Virus record (IMG/VR): IMGVR_UViG_3300029904_000001
Span: 1-64,000 of that record
Direction: 5' to 3' (one strand)
Source: a virus
Taxonomy: Duplodnaviria > Heunggongvirae > Uroviricota > Caudoviricetes
Length of the DNA: 64,000 nt
The position numbers and the translations under genes were made by a program. Position 1 is the first letter of the stretch, and every line of letters begins with the position of its first letter. Positions 10,322 to 19,559 of this stretch are shown here, one piece after another. The notes beneath the pieces were generated by a model. It was not told where the DNA came from. It was given only the letters and a program-made list of their open reading frames with translations, and made no database searches.

Positions 10322-10828
10322 ATGCTACAGAACATCAACTTTTCTGCGGCTGCTGAACAGTTCAGTGGCTTGCAGCGCGTCGACAAGGCGAGACTTGCAC
10401 AAACTGGAAAATCTGCATCGTTTTCTTTTGCGAAAGGTGACAAGATTACCTTTCCCGCAGTAGAAGATATAGCAGCATATAATGACCCTTTCAAGCGTAA
10501 GGACGGTACTGAAATCGAGTGCGTTAAATTCTTGGCTGCTTTGAACGGTCGCATAAAACTCATTCCTTGCGGTGCTATTGATAAAATACCGTTCGGACAG
10601 ATTGAGCAATGGCTTATGGACCACGAACTTAATCGCGAGATTCACAATGCTGGTGACGCTTGGTCACGGCTTGAGATGCTCGCAGGCAAGACTATTATCG
10701 TTACTGAGATGGTCAAAGGTCCAAGAGCCGACTTCGATGCTGCTGGACAGTTACAATATAACGAGGACGGCACATACAAGACCAAAGATGGCCTATTCCC
10801 GGTATTCGACTGGTACGAGGAGAAATAA
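10322..10828 (+). CDS. hypothetical protein; paralog of 10974-11456
   Basis: ATG 10322 chosen over the track TTG start. Shares an ..I.FPA.EDI.. block with the next gene. Confidence 0.45.
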   Translation: MLQNINFSAAAEQFSGLQRVDKARLAQTGKSASFSFAKGDKITFPAVEDIAAYNDPFKRKDGTEIECVKFLAALNGRIKLIPCGAIDKIPFGQIEQWLMDHELNREIHNAGDAWSRLEMLAGKTIIVTEMVKGPRADFDAAGQLQYNEDGTYKTKDGLFPVFDWYEEK

Positions 10829-10838
10829 CAACAATAGT

Positions 10839-10875
10839 GATAGCGTGGAGAAATCTGCGCTATTGCTATTTTTCT
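10839..10875 (+). terminator. probable terminator
   Basis: GATAGCG..CGCTATT hairpin followed by a T-rich run. Confidence 0.4.
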
Positions 10876-10884
10876 CACCACCAA

Positions 10885-10915
10885 ACTAAGACACTTTCCA
10901 ATTCTTACTAAGACA
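10885..10915 (+). promoter_or_regulatory. conserved upstream motif, two tandem copies (ACTAAGACACTTTCCAAT x2)
   Basis: CTAAGACACTTTCCAAT repeated at 10886 and 10908, upstream of gene 10974. Confidence 0.35.
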
Positions 10916-10973
10916 CTTTCCAATATGTAGTAAGTTAACAATTAAAAAACTAATTTTCTAATTTATTTAAGTT

Positions 10974-11456
10974 ATGTTAAAAATTGATTTTAAAGACCTG
11001 CCTAGCCTTCCTCAGGCAGACAGAAGACCTGTAGTTAGAGTCGCTAAAGAGCAGATTAAGAATACAGGAGTATCGTTTAACACTTTCGGAATCCAGGTAG
11101 GTGACGTTATTGAGTTCCCTGCGTATGACGATATAATCGTTGTAGCACAGCCTGTACGTCAGAACTCTGAGATTATGCAGTATCTTGCTGGCGTAATCAA
11201 GAACGGAAAGCCGAATTATCTTGCTCTTGGTGCTCTTACGAGGCAGGATGTGAATCGTGAGTATACCTGTGAGTTTACCAAGCAGATGGGAGAACTCGGA
11301 GATAACGAGAAGAGGCTGATGTTCCTTCAGGGTAAGAAGATTACCGCTAAGGAGACCAAGGACATCAAGGTTCAGGCGTTTGACAATCTGACAGGAGTTC
11401 GTCTTGAGGGTCAGACTCGTGACACCAAAGCACCTATTATCACTTATGCAGAGTAG
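10974..11456 (+). CDS. hypothetical protein; paralog of 10322-10828
   Basis: 160-aa ORF; shares the VIEFPAYDDI motif. Confidence 0.45.
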   Translation: MLKIDFKDLPSLPQADRRPVVRVAKEQIKNTGVSFNTFGIQVGDVIEFPAYDDIIVVAQPVRQNSEIMQYLAGVIKNGKPNYLALGALTRQDVNREYTCEFTKQMGELGDNEKRLMFLQGKKITAKETKDIKVQAFDNLTGVRLEGQTRDTKAPIITYAE

Positions 11457-11990
11457 GTGATATGCCAAATGCGTATATGGTAAACTAGATAAAAACATAT
11501 TACATTCCAATTCTGGTGACTTGTTAATAGCAAATTATCAGAATTGGAAATGTATTCAAGGTTATTATGTAGTAGCACCGTACAGTGTTTTAAACAATCA
11601 TCAATATTGGTGCATTGTAGATATTATTACCCAATAGTAGTTAAGCTACCAAAGAGTTCATGACTCTAATTGGGTGCTAAGTCCAAGTAACATAAACATT
11701 CTGTAGCCATTGTGTTTTGTAAGTTTAACTGTTTGTTTGTTATCGATTTTAGAGTAATTTTTGATTTCATATAAAATTTTAAATTCCCTCGGACTATGTA
11801 GTGATACACTCCGTTGTTACTTGGACTTTCTTTTTATATAGACTGAAAATATCAGAAATTATTTATAAGCTGAGAGAAGGCCCTTCGGGCGTATATCTAA
11901 AGGAGAAATAGACTTTCAACTTAATTTTGAAAACTCATCAACTCGAAATAAAATTTTGTGTAGTATATTATTCACTCTTACCTATATAAA

Positions 11991-12020
11991 ACACGCGCAT
12001 ACACGCATACGCACGCGCGG
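11991..12020. repeat. alternating purine-pyrimidine GC-rich tract (ACACGCGCATACACGCATACGCACGCGCGG) inside a very AT-rich ORF-free region
   Basis: Directly visible; Z-DNA-prone (CA/CG)n composition, flanked by pure AT runs. Confidence 0.5.
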
Positions 12021-12314
12021 TATATATAAAGAGGAATAAATATTTATATAATATCCAAAATAAAAAATTAAAATTTATTTGGAAATTTAATTATATTATA
12101 TATAATATTATTATAATATACTATATATGCAAAATGAATTTGAAAATTCTCAGATAGCAAGTTGAGATTAGCCGCGCTCGTTAACTCGCTGGCAATCAAA
12201 CATTTAGCTATTTTGCGACTAATTTACGAATTTGCAATTATATATATTTCTATTTAAATAGAGATAATATCAGACGAATAATTTTAGGTTAAATATATAG
12301 CTAATTAAAAAGAT

Positions 12315-12461
12315 ATGTTGTCATTACTGTACATGAATGCAGATGGAGAGTTATATGCTCCCATTTCGATTGGAGTCGTTATATTTATAATTATTGCGAT
12401 TTTAATCATTCGCTGGCTGGATGGAGACAATCCAAATAGTATTTTTAAGAGTGAGGACTAA
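12315..12461 (+). CDS. small membrane protein (48 aa)
   Basis: MLSLLYMNADGELYAPISIGVVIFIIIAILIIRWLDGD.. with a single TM; terminator follows. Confidence 0.3.
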   Translation: MLSLLYMNADGELYAPISIGVVIFIIIAILIIRWLDGDNPNSIFKSED

Positions 12462-12467
12462 ACAAAA

Positions 12468-12500
12468 AAGAGCGGGAATTAATTTTCCTGCTCTTTTGTT
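12468..12500 (+). terminator. rho-independent terminator
   Basis: AAGAGCGGGAA..TTCCTGCTCTT hairpin followed by TTGTT. Confidence 0.55.
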
Positions 12501-12522
12501 AAATATTTTTCTATCTCTCATT

Positions 12523-12810
12523 CTATATAAGGCATTGAATATTTATCGTATAGGCTAATTTGTGGTAAATTAAATTCGTATAAAACTCATTTAGACATAT
12601 GATAGTATGCTGGTCCCACATCACATCACATGGTAAATATAGTCCGGTATCTATTAATATAGACTCATCGACAATCTTATTTAATTGTGTTCTAACTGTC
12701 CTTACATTCAGATTTGTTTTACTTTCTAAATCCCTAGGACAGGTAAGAACATACAATTTCCCATTAAAAATAAATGAGGATTCAAATAAAGCTTTAATTA
12801 TTTTCTCCAT
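12523..12810 (-). CDS. hypothetical protein
   Basis: 95-aa ORF on minus strand. Confidence 0.4.
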   Translation of the reverse strand: MEKIIKALFESSFIFNGKLYVLTCPRDLESKTNLNVRTVRTQLNKIVDESILIDTGLYLPCDVMWDQHTIICLNEFYTNLIYHKLAYTINIQCLI

Positions 12811-13324
12811 TTAATATTTCTCCTGTTTCATAATTAACATTTTCGAACTCTGAATTAGTATCATTTGTTTTATTAGGAACTTCTTCGATTTGATAGTTAA
12901 TAATAACTTGTTGTCTTTCTTTAATTGGACCTTTAAAGAAGAATGTAGGATTTAAAACATATCTGGCTCTTGATTTATATATCAACAATCCTTGATTTTT
13001 TAATGCAGTAATAGCATTGTTAATTGTTTTTAATCCACATCCAATCTCATTCATTCATCGTTCTTTATCTTCTTTTAAAGCTGTTACAACATTACCTTCA
13101 TTAGTTATAGGCATATTGTATTGACTATCTCTTCACATTAGAAACAACACTTTTAAATGTGTTCCATTATCTACTTTTAACATTCCACGCATATCTTCCA
13201 AATAAACTTGGATAAATTGCTCTGGATTTTTGACTGTTTTTAATATAGTTGAAGAATTACTTTCTAATTTAACCTTTCCGTCTTCAACTACCATAATTCT
13301 TTCGACTTTTTCTATTTTGGGCAT
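12794..13324 (-). CDS. HTH-containing regulator (repressor/anti-repressor-like), single gene with two in-frame TGA=Trp
   Basis: Track ORFs 13133-13324 and 12794-13054 share a frame and join through TGA at 13133-13135 and 13056-13058 (..VLFLM-W-RDSQYNMPITNEGNVVTALKEDKER-W-MNEIGCGLKTINNAITALKNQGLLIYKSR..). HTH in the C-terminal half. Confidence 0.5.
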
Positions 13325-13417
13325 AACTTTAATTTTTTACCTTACAAAGGTAAGTAAAATAATTTATAATTCCAAATAAATATGGTATTTTATTCCCAAA
13401 AATATTAGACATATAAA

Positions 13418-13559
13418 GGTAATCTGGTTGCACTAATGTCTAAAATTTTTAGATATAATTCCCTAAAATTTTGGGTAATTTTATATTTCGGGAATAATAG
13501 GGTAATCTGGTTTCCATTTAGTGTAACGGAGATTACCCTAAGATGTAACGGAGATTACC
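13418..13559. promoter_or_regulatory. operator-like repeat array in the divergent control region of the HTH regulator
   Basis: GGTAATCTGGTT at 13418 and 13501. GTAACGGAGATTACC at 13523 and 13545. GGGTAATCT..AGATTACCC form 9-bp inverted repeats. Confidence 0.45.
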
Positions 13560-14157
13560 TTAACAAACATCTAGTTTTGATACATCTGAGCTTCTAAAGA
13601 GTTCATTATTCCAATATATTTGGGTTAAGTACTACTTTTCCCTTTCTATTATTATTACATAAATTTTTAAACTGAACAAAAAATCACAAACATAAACATC
13701 ACACCAATGAAAACCACAAAACTCGCATCATTTAACACCAAGCGTAGACAGCGCCAGATTGTCAATGGTCAGGAACAGTTGATAAGTGTACCAGTAATTA
13801 TCCACTACAATTCAGCTGTACCTCCAAAACATAGGATGCTGAGGTAAGAGTTGAGAAGTTGAGGGAGAGGGGAGGAGACAAGATTGATATAAAATATTAA
13901 TAAGTCAGTTGAGGGAGAAGATATGGTCACTATCACCTTCCCGTACACCTATCTCATTTCTATTCATCCCTTCTCCCTCACCCGATTTTTCCGCTCTTAA
14001 TTAATACTCACCGCCTCATGAAAAAATCCAAAAAGAAATTTAAACACCACTCTAATTCTCACAAACAACCAATCTCTCCCTCCAAATTAAAAAAATCAGA
14101 CTTCCTGATAATTCCTAAGTGGGATTGGTAAATTCACACATTAAAACTCAAAAAATC

Positions 14158-14601
14158 ATGAAACAAGATCTTGTAGACATTCTTCTCAAAAATCTTCTCG
14201 ATGCTCTTGAAACTCCAGAAAAACCCGAAACTTCCAAAACTTCCGAAACTTCCGAAAAACCTAATATCTCCTACTCTGATGAATTAACAGATCTTCTCTC
14301 TCATCCCGGTTTCCAGCAGTTTATGGATGGAGACATAGAAGATCCAACCTTTATATCAACCTTTATCACCGGAGCAAATGTCTGTCTCCAAATCTTTGAC
14401 ATTGCAACAGACGAACAACTTCTGTATCTTCCTCCTGCACTCAAAGAGAAAGCAATCCCTTATCTGGAAAAACTCAAAATAGCATATACAAAGGCTGTGG
14501 ATAATGTCATCGCACGTATGACTGCACCTACTCCAGAGCGTTCTCTTGAAGATCTATCGAAAGAAGAACTTCTTGAGTATATCAAGTCACATATTCAGTA
14601 A
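14158..14601 (+). CDS. acidic protein with ETPEKPETSKTSETSEKP repeat
   Basis: ORF with ATG at 14158 (track start 14119 is upstream in the same frame). Confidence 0.4.
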   Translation: MKQDLVDILLKNLLDALETPEKPETSKTSETSEKPNISYSDELTDLLSHPGFQQFMDGDIEDPTFISTFITGANVCLQIFDIATDEQLLYLPPALKEKAIPYLEKLKIAYTKAVDNVIARMTAPTPERSLEDLSKEELLEYIKSHIQ

Positions 14602-15018
14602 TACTCTAAATATATAATAGCTGATATCTTGGTTAGTCATTTATTTCAACAGCTTCCTTATATATTACTACAAATAAAATGAAGTGAATGCAAAAAGATA
14701 CTTATAATTTTATTTATTTATTACTTATTGCGTTATTATAAATTATTAGTATCTTTATTTAAAGTCTGATACTAACTTAAAAGTATCCACTCCTATTAGC
14801 TATCGACAGGCTTCTTATAGGTGGTATTACAAATATGTCTAGTTTTAAAGATGGGTTTCAGAAAGTTTTAACCATCTAAGTTACTAAACTCTTAACTTTC
14901 ATTATTTTCATTCGTTTGACTATAGTTCCGAGGTAAGGAAATGTCCAAAATCTTATACAGACTATAGAGGTTTGAGAGGTCAAAACCATCAACTAACCAT
15001 TTTGGAAGTAATGATTTA

Positions 15019-15038
15019 TATATAATACGTATTATATA
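15019..15038. repeat. perfect 20-bp palindrome TATATAATACGTATTATATA
   Basis: Exact reverse-complement symmetry about ACGT, within an ORF-free region. Confidence 0.6.
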
Positions 15039-15478
15039 CAGTGCGCATTATATATAAATCAGCTACGTTGGTAACGTTACAACCAGTTATATTTTTTGGA
15101 AGATCTGGTGCTAAAGTCTGATTAAGTGATGATCAGAGCCTAGCTGTAGGGACGTAGGCATTATGTAACTAGCATTTTTGAGTTACTTAAACATACAGTC
15201 AGATCTTCCATTTTTATTTTTAGAAATATAGTCGAACGTTCCTCTGATGATTACTGGAAATTAATGTCCAGATTCACTATAGTTTAAATAAGATGATTTG
15301 GAGAATTCGTCAAACTCCTTAATCTGAAGACGATACAGATAATCTATAAACTTATTATAAAACATAAGTGGGCCTAAGACGACTTTAAATAAACGGCCGA
15401 ATCGTGAATTCCTAAATCAATCTCTCTGTGAAGTATAGTAACAGAGAGATTTTACTTGCAAATTCAAAATTTTTATAT

Positions 15479-15616
15479 TATGATAGTACAAGAATTAAAA
15501 GACTTCTTAGATTATTGTGATCCAAATGTATCTATAATTATAATCGATCATGAGAACGATAAATCTCATATGCTATCAGAAATAGATGTTGATTATTTAG
15601 TTTCCGAAAGCTTTTA
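15479..15616 (+). CDS. small protein (45 aa), paralog of 15633-15782
   Basis: MIVQELKDFLDYCDPNVSIIIIDHEND.. vs MTIKELKEFIEDLPDNTKVILLKV.. Confidence 0.3.
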
Positions 15617-15632
15617 AGAATCGATATTTAAG

Positions 15633-15782
15633 TATGACAATTAAAGAACTTAAAGAATTTATAGAAGATCTTCCAGATAACACTAAAGTAATATTATTAA
15701 AAGTTATTCCGGAAGAACCAAGATTTACATACAAAAAATACAAATATTTCGATAAAACAGTTGAAAAAGTGGTAATCGATTA
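15633..15782 (+). CDS. small protein (49 aa), paralog of 15479-15616
   Basis: Tandem small ORFs with the shared pattern M.I.ELK.F. Confidence 0.3.
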
Positions 15783-16169
15783 AAATAAAATGGCCCCATG
15801 ATGGAAATAGGTAAATGTTTGCCCACACATTAGGTGTGTAATTGCTTCAAATTCGGTAAGAGTTAAATAAGGAGACATGTTAAACTATTAATTGTGTACA
15901 AATTAGATAGATAAACCCTCACGAATCCGCTCTCTAAGAAAGTCTAAGGTCCAACCCGCATTAATAGTAAATCTATTAACATAACTGTAAATTCAGTGCT
16001 AAAGTTGGATAGCTGATAATACCGAGCCAAGCCTAATTTTAAATTTAGGAAGGTGTAGAGACTTGACGGAGCACATATTTTATGTATGATAGTAAAGTCC
16101 AGCTCACAAACAATTATTTTAATGTTATATGACATATGTTTTATAATTGGATATGAAAATATCAGTGAG

Positions 16170-16312
16170 ATTGAGACATAAGGGTCTTAAAAACCCTTGA
16201 GGAGTAATCCTCGTCCCGATTCGACTTCGGGTGGGGTCACAACAACCATATTCACTTTAACTTTTTAACTAATTCAATGGAGACTGCTGAGAAGTACTCT
16301 CCATTTTTTATT
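16170..16312 (+). ncRNA. candidate small structured RNA (three consecutive hairpins ending in a strong terminator)
   Basis: AAGGGT-cttaaaa-ACCCTT, GAGGA-gtaa-TCCTC, CCCGA-ttcgact-TCGGG, then AATGGAGA..TCTCCATT followed by T8. No ORF. Confidence 0.3.
16276..16312 (+). terminator. rho-independent terminator
   Basis: 8-bp stem AATGGAGA/TCTCCATT followed by TTTTTTATTTT. Confidence 0.6.
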
Positions 16313-16580
16313 TTGACTATACAAATCTTAGAATAGAATGCAGTCGTAAGACAAGAACAAGAGAAATTGCTTTTTTAATCACTTTTTAAGTCTATCCGCC
16401 ATTTGGTGTACTTTTAAGTTAATATTCTTCAAAAAATATCTTCTATTCAAGATTTAGAAATATATACAAACAAGTTATCTTCCTTTATATATAACGCAGT
16501 ATATTTAAAGTAGATAACATAATGTTTAATCAAATCCCAGTTAGTTTTCTAGCTAATTGGGATTCTTTATTTTAACTATT

Positions 16581-17039
16581 ATGTGTTTAGCCGTTGTTAA
16601 CGATTTTCAAATTAAAACAGTCGAATCTCCAATCACTGTATATAAAGAAGCTTTTTATGATGATTCTGATAAAATAGCTGTTTCTAAATATCAAGAGTTT
16701 GAATATCCACTTAACAAAATAGTAACATGTGAAAATCCATTTTTAACTGTCCGTCATAAGGATGTTTTCTCTTTTTATGTATATGATACAATAGAAACAG
16801 CAGTAGTTAATAAATATTTTGGAGAAAAAATTGCTGATGATGATGTTTCTAGAATACGTGCATTATGGTACATTCATCATTTTGAACTCATCCAAACAGG
16901 CTTCCATTTTTGTTTTGGAGATAAAAATCAACTTCGTGATATATCCAAAATGTGTAAATTTTTAATTCCAGCTGGTGCTCATATAGTAATTGGAATTGAC
17001 GATACTTTAGGCGTTACTGATCAAATAATGTTAGTATAA
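16581..17039 (+). CDS. hypothetical protein; intact member of a tandem paralog pair
   Basis: ATG 16581 (MCLAVVNDFQIKTVESPITVYK..); C-terminus ..IQTGFHFCFGDKNQLRDISKMCKFLIPAGAHIVIGIDDTLGVTDQIML. Confidence 0.45.
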   Translation: MCLAVVNDFQIKTVESPITVYKEAFYDDSDKIAVSKYQEFEYPLNKIVTCENPFLTVRHKDVFSFYVYDTIETAVVNKYFGEKIADDDVSRIRALWYIHHFELIQTGFHFCFGDKNQLRDISKMCKFLIPAGAHIVIGIDDTLGVTDQIMLV

Positions 17040-17040
17040 T

Positions 17041-17481
17041 ATGTGTTTAGCTGTATTTCCAGATTATTAAATCGAAACATTAAAACGACCTTTAATTGTA
17101 TACAAAAGATGTCGAATAGGAGATGGTACAGATGTTGTATCTGCCGTTAGATACAAAGTATATAAATCAGGTGAATTAGAAATCTGTCCGGAACCTTTTA
17201 AATTATGTACTAAGTTAGTAGAATGTGTATTCTCTGATCTCAACGAAGAAAGAGTTGTCCGAGAAACAATTGGATGTTCTTCAATCGCTTGGCATTCACA
17301 CAAATTACAAATGATTAAAACTGGTTTTCATTTTTATTTTACGATTGAAAGAGCTTTAAATTCATGGATATATTGTTATGGTTTAGATATAGTAATTCCA
17401 TTTCTAATTCCCACTGGTTCGCAAATTATCAGAGGTATAGATAAAGATCTGGGTGTTTGTAATCAAATAATGCGTTTATAA
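17041..17481 (+). pseudogene. paralog of 16581-17039 carrying an in-frame TAA at codon 10
   Basis: Same frame reads MCLAVFPDY-TAA-IETLKRPLIVYKRC...IKTGFHFYFTIERALNSW..GIDKDLGVCNQIMRL. The TAA aligns to CAA (Gln) in the intact paralog. Confidence 0.45.
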
Positions 17482-17482
17482 T

Positions 17483-17719
17483 ATGATTTTTTGTCTTATT
17501 TGTTTAGCAGGATTTTTTGCATGTGGAAATATAATTGGGCAATCTAAAGATGAGCCTAAATCGACTAAAATTTTATTATGGGCTCTTACTTTAACTATAT
17601 TTCTTTTAACTATACTTGCATTCAGTGCATATACGAATGTAGTTAAAGAACGAGCTGTTTTAGAATATCATCACATCCAAAAACGTGTAGAAACAACTAC
17701 AACTTATGAAATATTTTAA
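17483..17719 (+). CDS. small membrane protein
   Basis: 78 aa, 2 TM. Confidence 0.4.
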   Translation: MIFCLICLAGFFACGNIIGQSKDEPKSTKILLWALTLTIFLLTILAFSAYTNVVKERAVLEYHHIQKRVETTTTYEIF

Positions 17720-17920
17720 ATGAAAACAGCATTAATTTTTATTATTTGCATAATTAGTTTTGCTATTTTAATGGGCGTTTTATCAACAGTTGGAACTTTA
17801 CTTACAGTTCCATCTACAGTTGCAAATATAGTAGCAATACTAGTAATATGTGCTTTAGTTATTATTGGCTTTTATATATACAAACTAATTAAAAAATTAA
17901 GCAATGAAGATTATTTTTAA
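17720..17920 (+). CDS. small membrane protein
   Basis: 66 aa, 2 TM. Confidence 0.4.
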   Translation: MKTALIFIICIISFAILMGVLSTVGTLLTVPSTVANIVAILVICALVIIGFYIYKLIKKLSNEDYF

Positions 17921-18689
17921 ATTTATTATTCTTGCTATTCTTGCAATATCATCTATTTCATGTACACGCATCGATGCTGGTCATGAAGGTATAAAAGTAA
18001 ATCTTTACGGTGATAAGAAAGGCGTAGATGAAGTCTCCCTTGTCACTGGCTGGGTCATATTTAATCCCGTGACCACAAAAGTTTATGAATATCCAACTTT
18101 TGTGCAAACTGTCGATTATCCAGCATTTACAGTTAATGCAAAAGGAGGTCTAGCATTTACTATGGATCCAACTGTATCTATAAAGATAATAGATGGTAAA
18201 ACTCCAGATATATTTAAGAAGTATCGTCTTAAACTGGAAGATATAGTAAATACTACTCTTTATACCGTTGTAGTTAATGCTTGTCGTATCCAGATTAATA
18301 AGTTTACTCCAGATGAAATTACTTCTAATCGAGATTCAGTAGAAACTGCTATTGAGAATCAGCTTCGAATTGAATTGGAAAATGAGAATTTCTATTTAGA
18401 GAGACTTACAACTGGACTTACTTATCCTAATTCAATTCAAGAGGCAATTGCAGCTAAAGATAAAGCTACTCAAGATGCTCTTCGTGTAGAAAGAGAACTT
18501 GAAATAGTTAAAGCAGAAGCTGAAAAGAAAATTGTTGCAGCTCGTGCAGAGAAAGAAGCTAATGAACTTAGAACAAAAGCCCTTACTCCAGAGATTCTTC
18601 AGCAGCAGTGGATTGAGAAATGGGATGGGACCTTACCTCGCGTTGTCACCTCAGATGAAGCAAGTCTAATGTTAAACATATCTAAGTAA
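17904..18689 (+). CDS. SPFH/Band-7 (prohibitin/HflC-like) lipoprotein
   Basis: Lipoprotein signal MKIIFKFIILAILAISSISC. C-terminal ..IQEAIAAKDKATQDALRVERELEIVKAEAEKKIVAARAEKEANELR.. is a typical SPFH coiled-coil region. Confidence 0.45.
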   Translation: MKIIFKFIILAILAISSISCTRIDAGHEGIKVNLYGDKKGVDEVSLVTGWVIFNPVTTKVYEYPTFVQTVDYPAFTVNAKGGLAFTMDPTVSIKIIDGKTPDIFKKYRLKLEDIVNTTLYTVVVNACRIQINKFTPDEITSNRDSVETAIENQLRIELENENFYLERLTTGLTYPNSIQEAIAAKDKATQDALRVERELEIVKAEAEKKIVAARAEKEANELRTKALTPEILQQQWIEKWDGTLPRVVTSDEASLMLNISK

Positions 18690-18955
18690 TGTGGATAGCT
18701 TGGTTAATTGGGGTAGTTCTTAATGCGATTGTTCTTTTGATTTGGAATCTGTATCGTGTAAGTGAAGATTATCCTAATTTTCATAGAGTTCCAGTTAAGG
18801 TAATAGTTGCGATTCTTTATATCATACTTGCTCTTACTCCAATTTTAAATATCACATTTGCCTTTATATGGATTTTCATTTTCTTTAATGTTGCATACGA
18901 TTATCCATATACAAAATGTCGTTTTCCAAAATGGATGACTAAAAAGATACAATAA
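18689..18955 (+). CDS. small 2-TM membrane protein (tandem family, member 1)
   Basis: 88 aa; EDYPNFHRVPVK motif shared with 19251. Confidence 0.4.
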   Translation: MWIAWLIGVVLNAIVLLIWNLYRVSEDYPNFHRVPVKVIVAILYIILALTPILNITFAFIWIFIFFNVAYDYPYTKCRFPKWMTKKIQ

Positions 18956-19224
18956 TGTTTTATCTAATCACTATTATCATATCTTTAGTTCTCTGGATAT
19001 GGTTTTTCTATGTAAAAAGTACAAGAGAATTGTATGGTAAACCAATTAAAGGTCCCATGTGGTTTTATATAATTGGATTTGTCTTTTTATTTATACCATT
19101 TTTAAATTTTGGATTTCCATTTATATTTACTTTATGTATGATATTTGACAAAGATGTTAAATTAAAGAATGGAAAACAAAGTATTGGAGAAAAAATTAAG
19201 AATGTGTTAAATAAAGAATTCTAA
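18955..19224 (+). CDS. small 2-TM membrane protein (tandem family, member 2)
   Basis: 89 aa. Confidence 0.4.
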   Translation: MFYLITIIISLVLWIWFFYVKSTRELYGKPIKGPMWFYIIGFVFLFIPFLNFGFPFIFTLCMIFDKDVKLKNGKQSIGEKIKNVLNKEF

Positions 19225-19250
19225 TCCAGGATAACTAAAAAGACACAACA

Positions 19251-19529
19251 ATGTTTTGGATTTATTTTATAGCAGCCATAGAGTTGCTTTTATGTTATAT
19301 TGTTTGGAAATCTGTACTTGTTAAAGATTCTGAGAATGAAGATTGGCATAGAGTTCCAGTTCCTCGTTGGCAAGTTATATCAAGTATTATTCTATTCTGT
19401 ATTCCAGTTTTTAATTGGTTTTTAATTTTTAATTGGGCTATTACTGGATTTAGAACAGATCAATTTAATTATCAGAAAGATGTATTTCCAAAAATAGTTA
19501 AATGGTTTAATAAACCTATGTTTAAATAG
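19251..19529 (+). CDS. small 2-TM membrane protein (tandem family, member 3)
   Basis: 92 aa; SENEDWHRVPVPRW motif. Confidence 0.4.
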   Translation: MFWIYFIAAIELLLCYIVWKSVLVKDSENEDWHRVPVPRWQVISSIILFCIPVFNWFLIFNWAITGFRTDQFNYQKDVFPKIVKWFNKPMFK

Positions 19530-19559
19530 AATCGTTTTTATTATACTAGCAAGTCGCGA

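Noticed and set aside
13523-13559. Possible CRISPR array (two 15-bp direct repeats with a 7-bp spacer)
   Set aside because: Only two short copies with a tiny spacer and palindromic partners nearby; this fits operator half-sites, not a CRISPR repeat-spacer array. No CRISPR arrays were found anywhere in the window.
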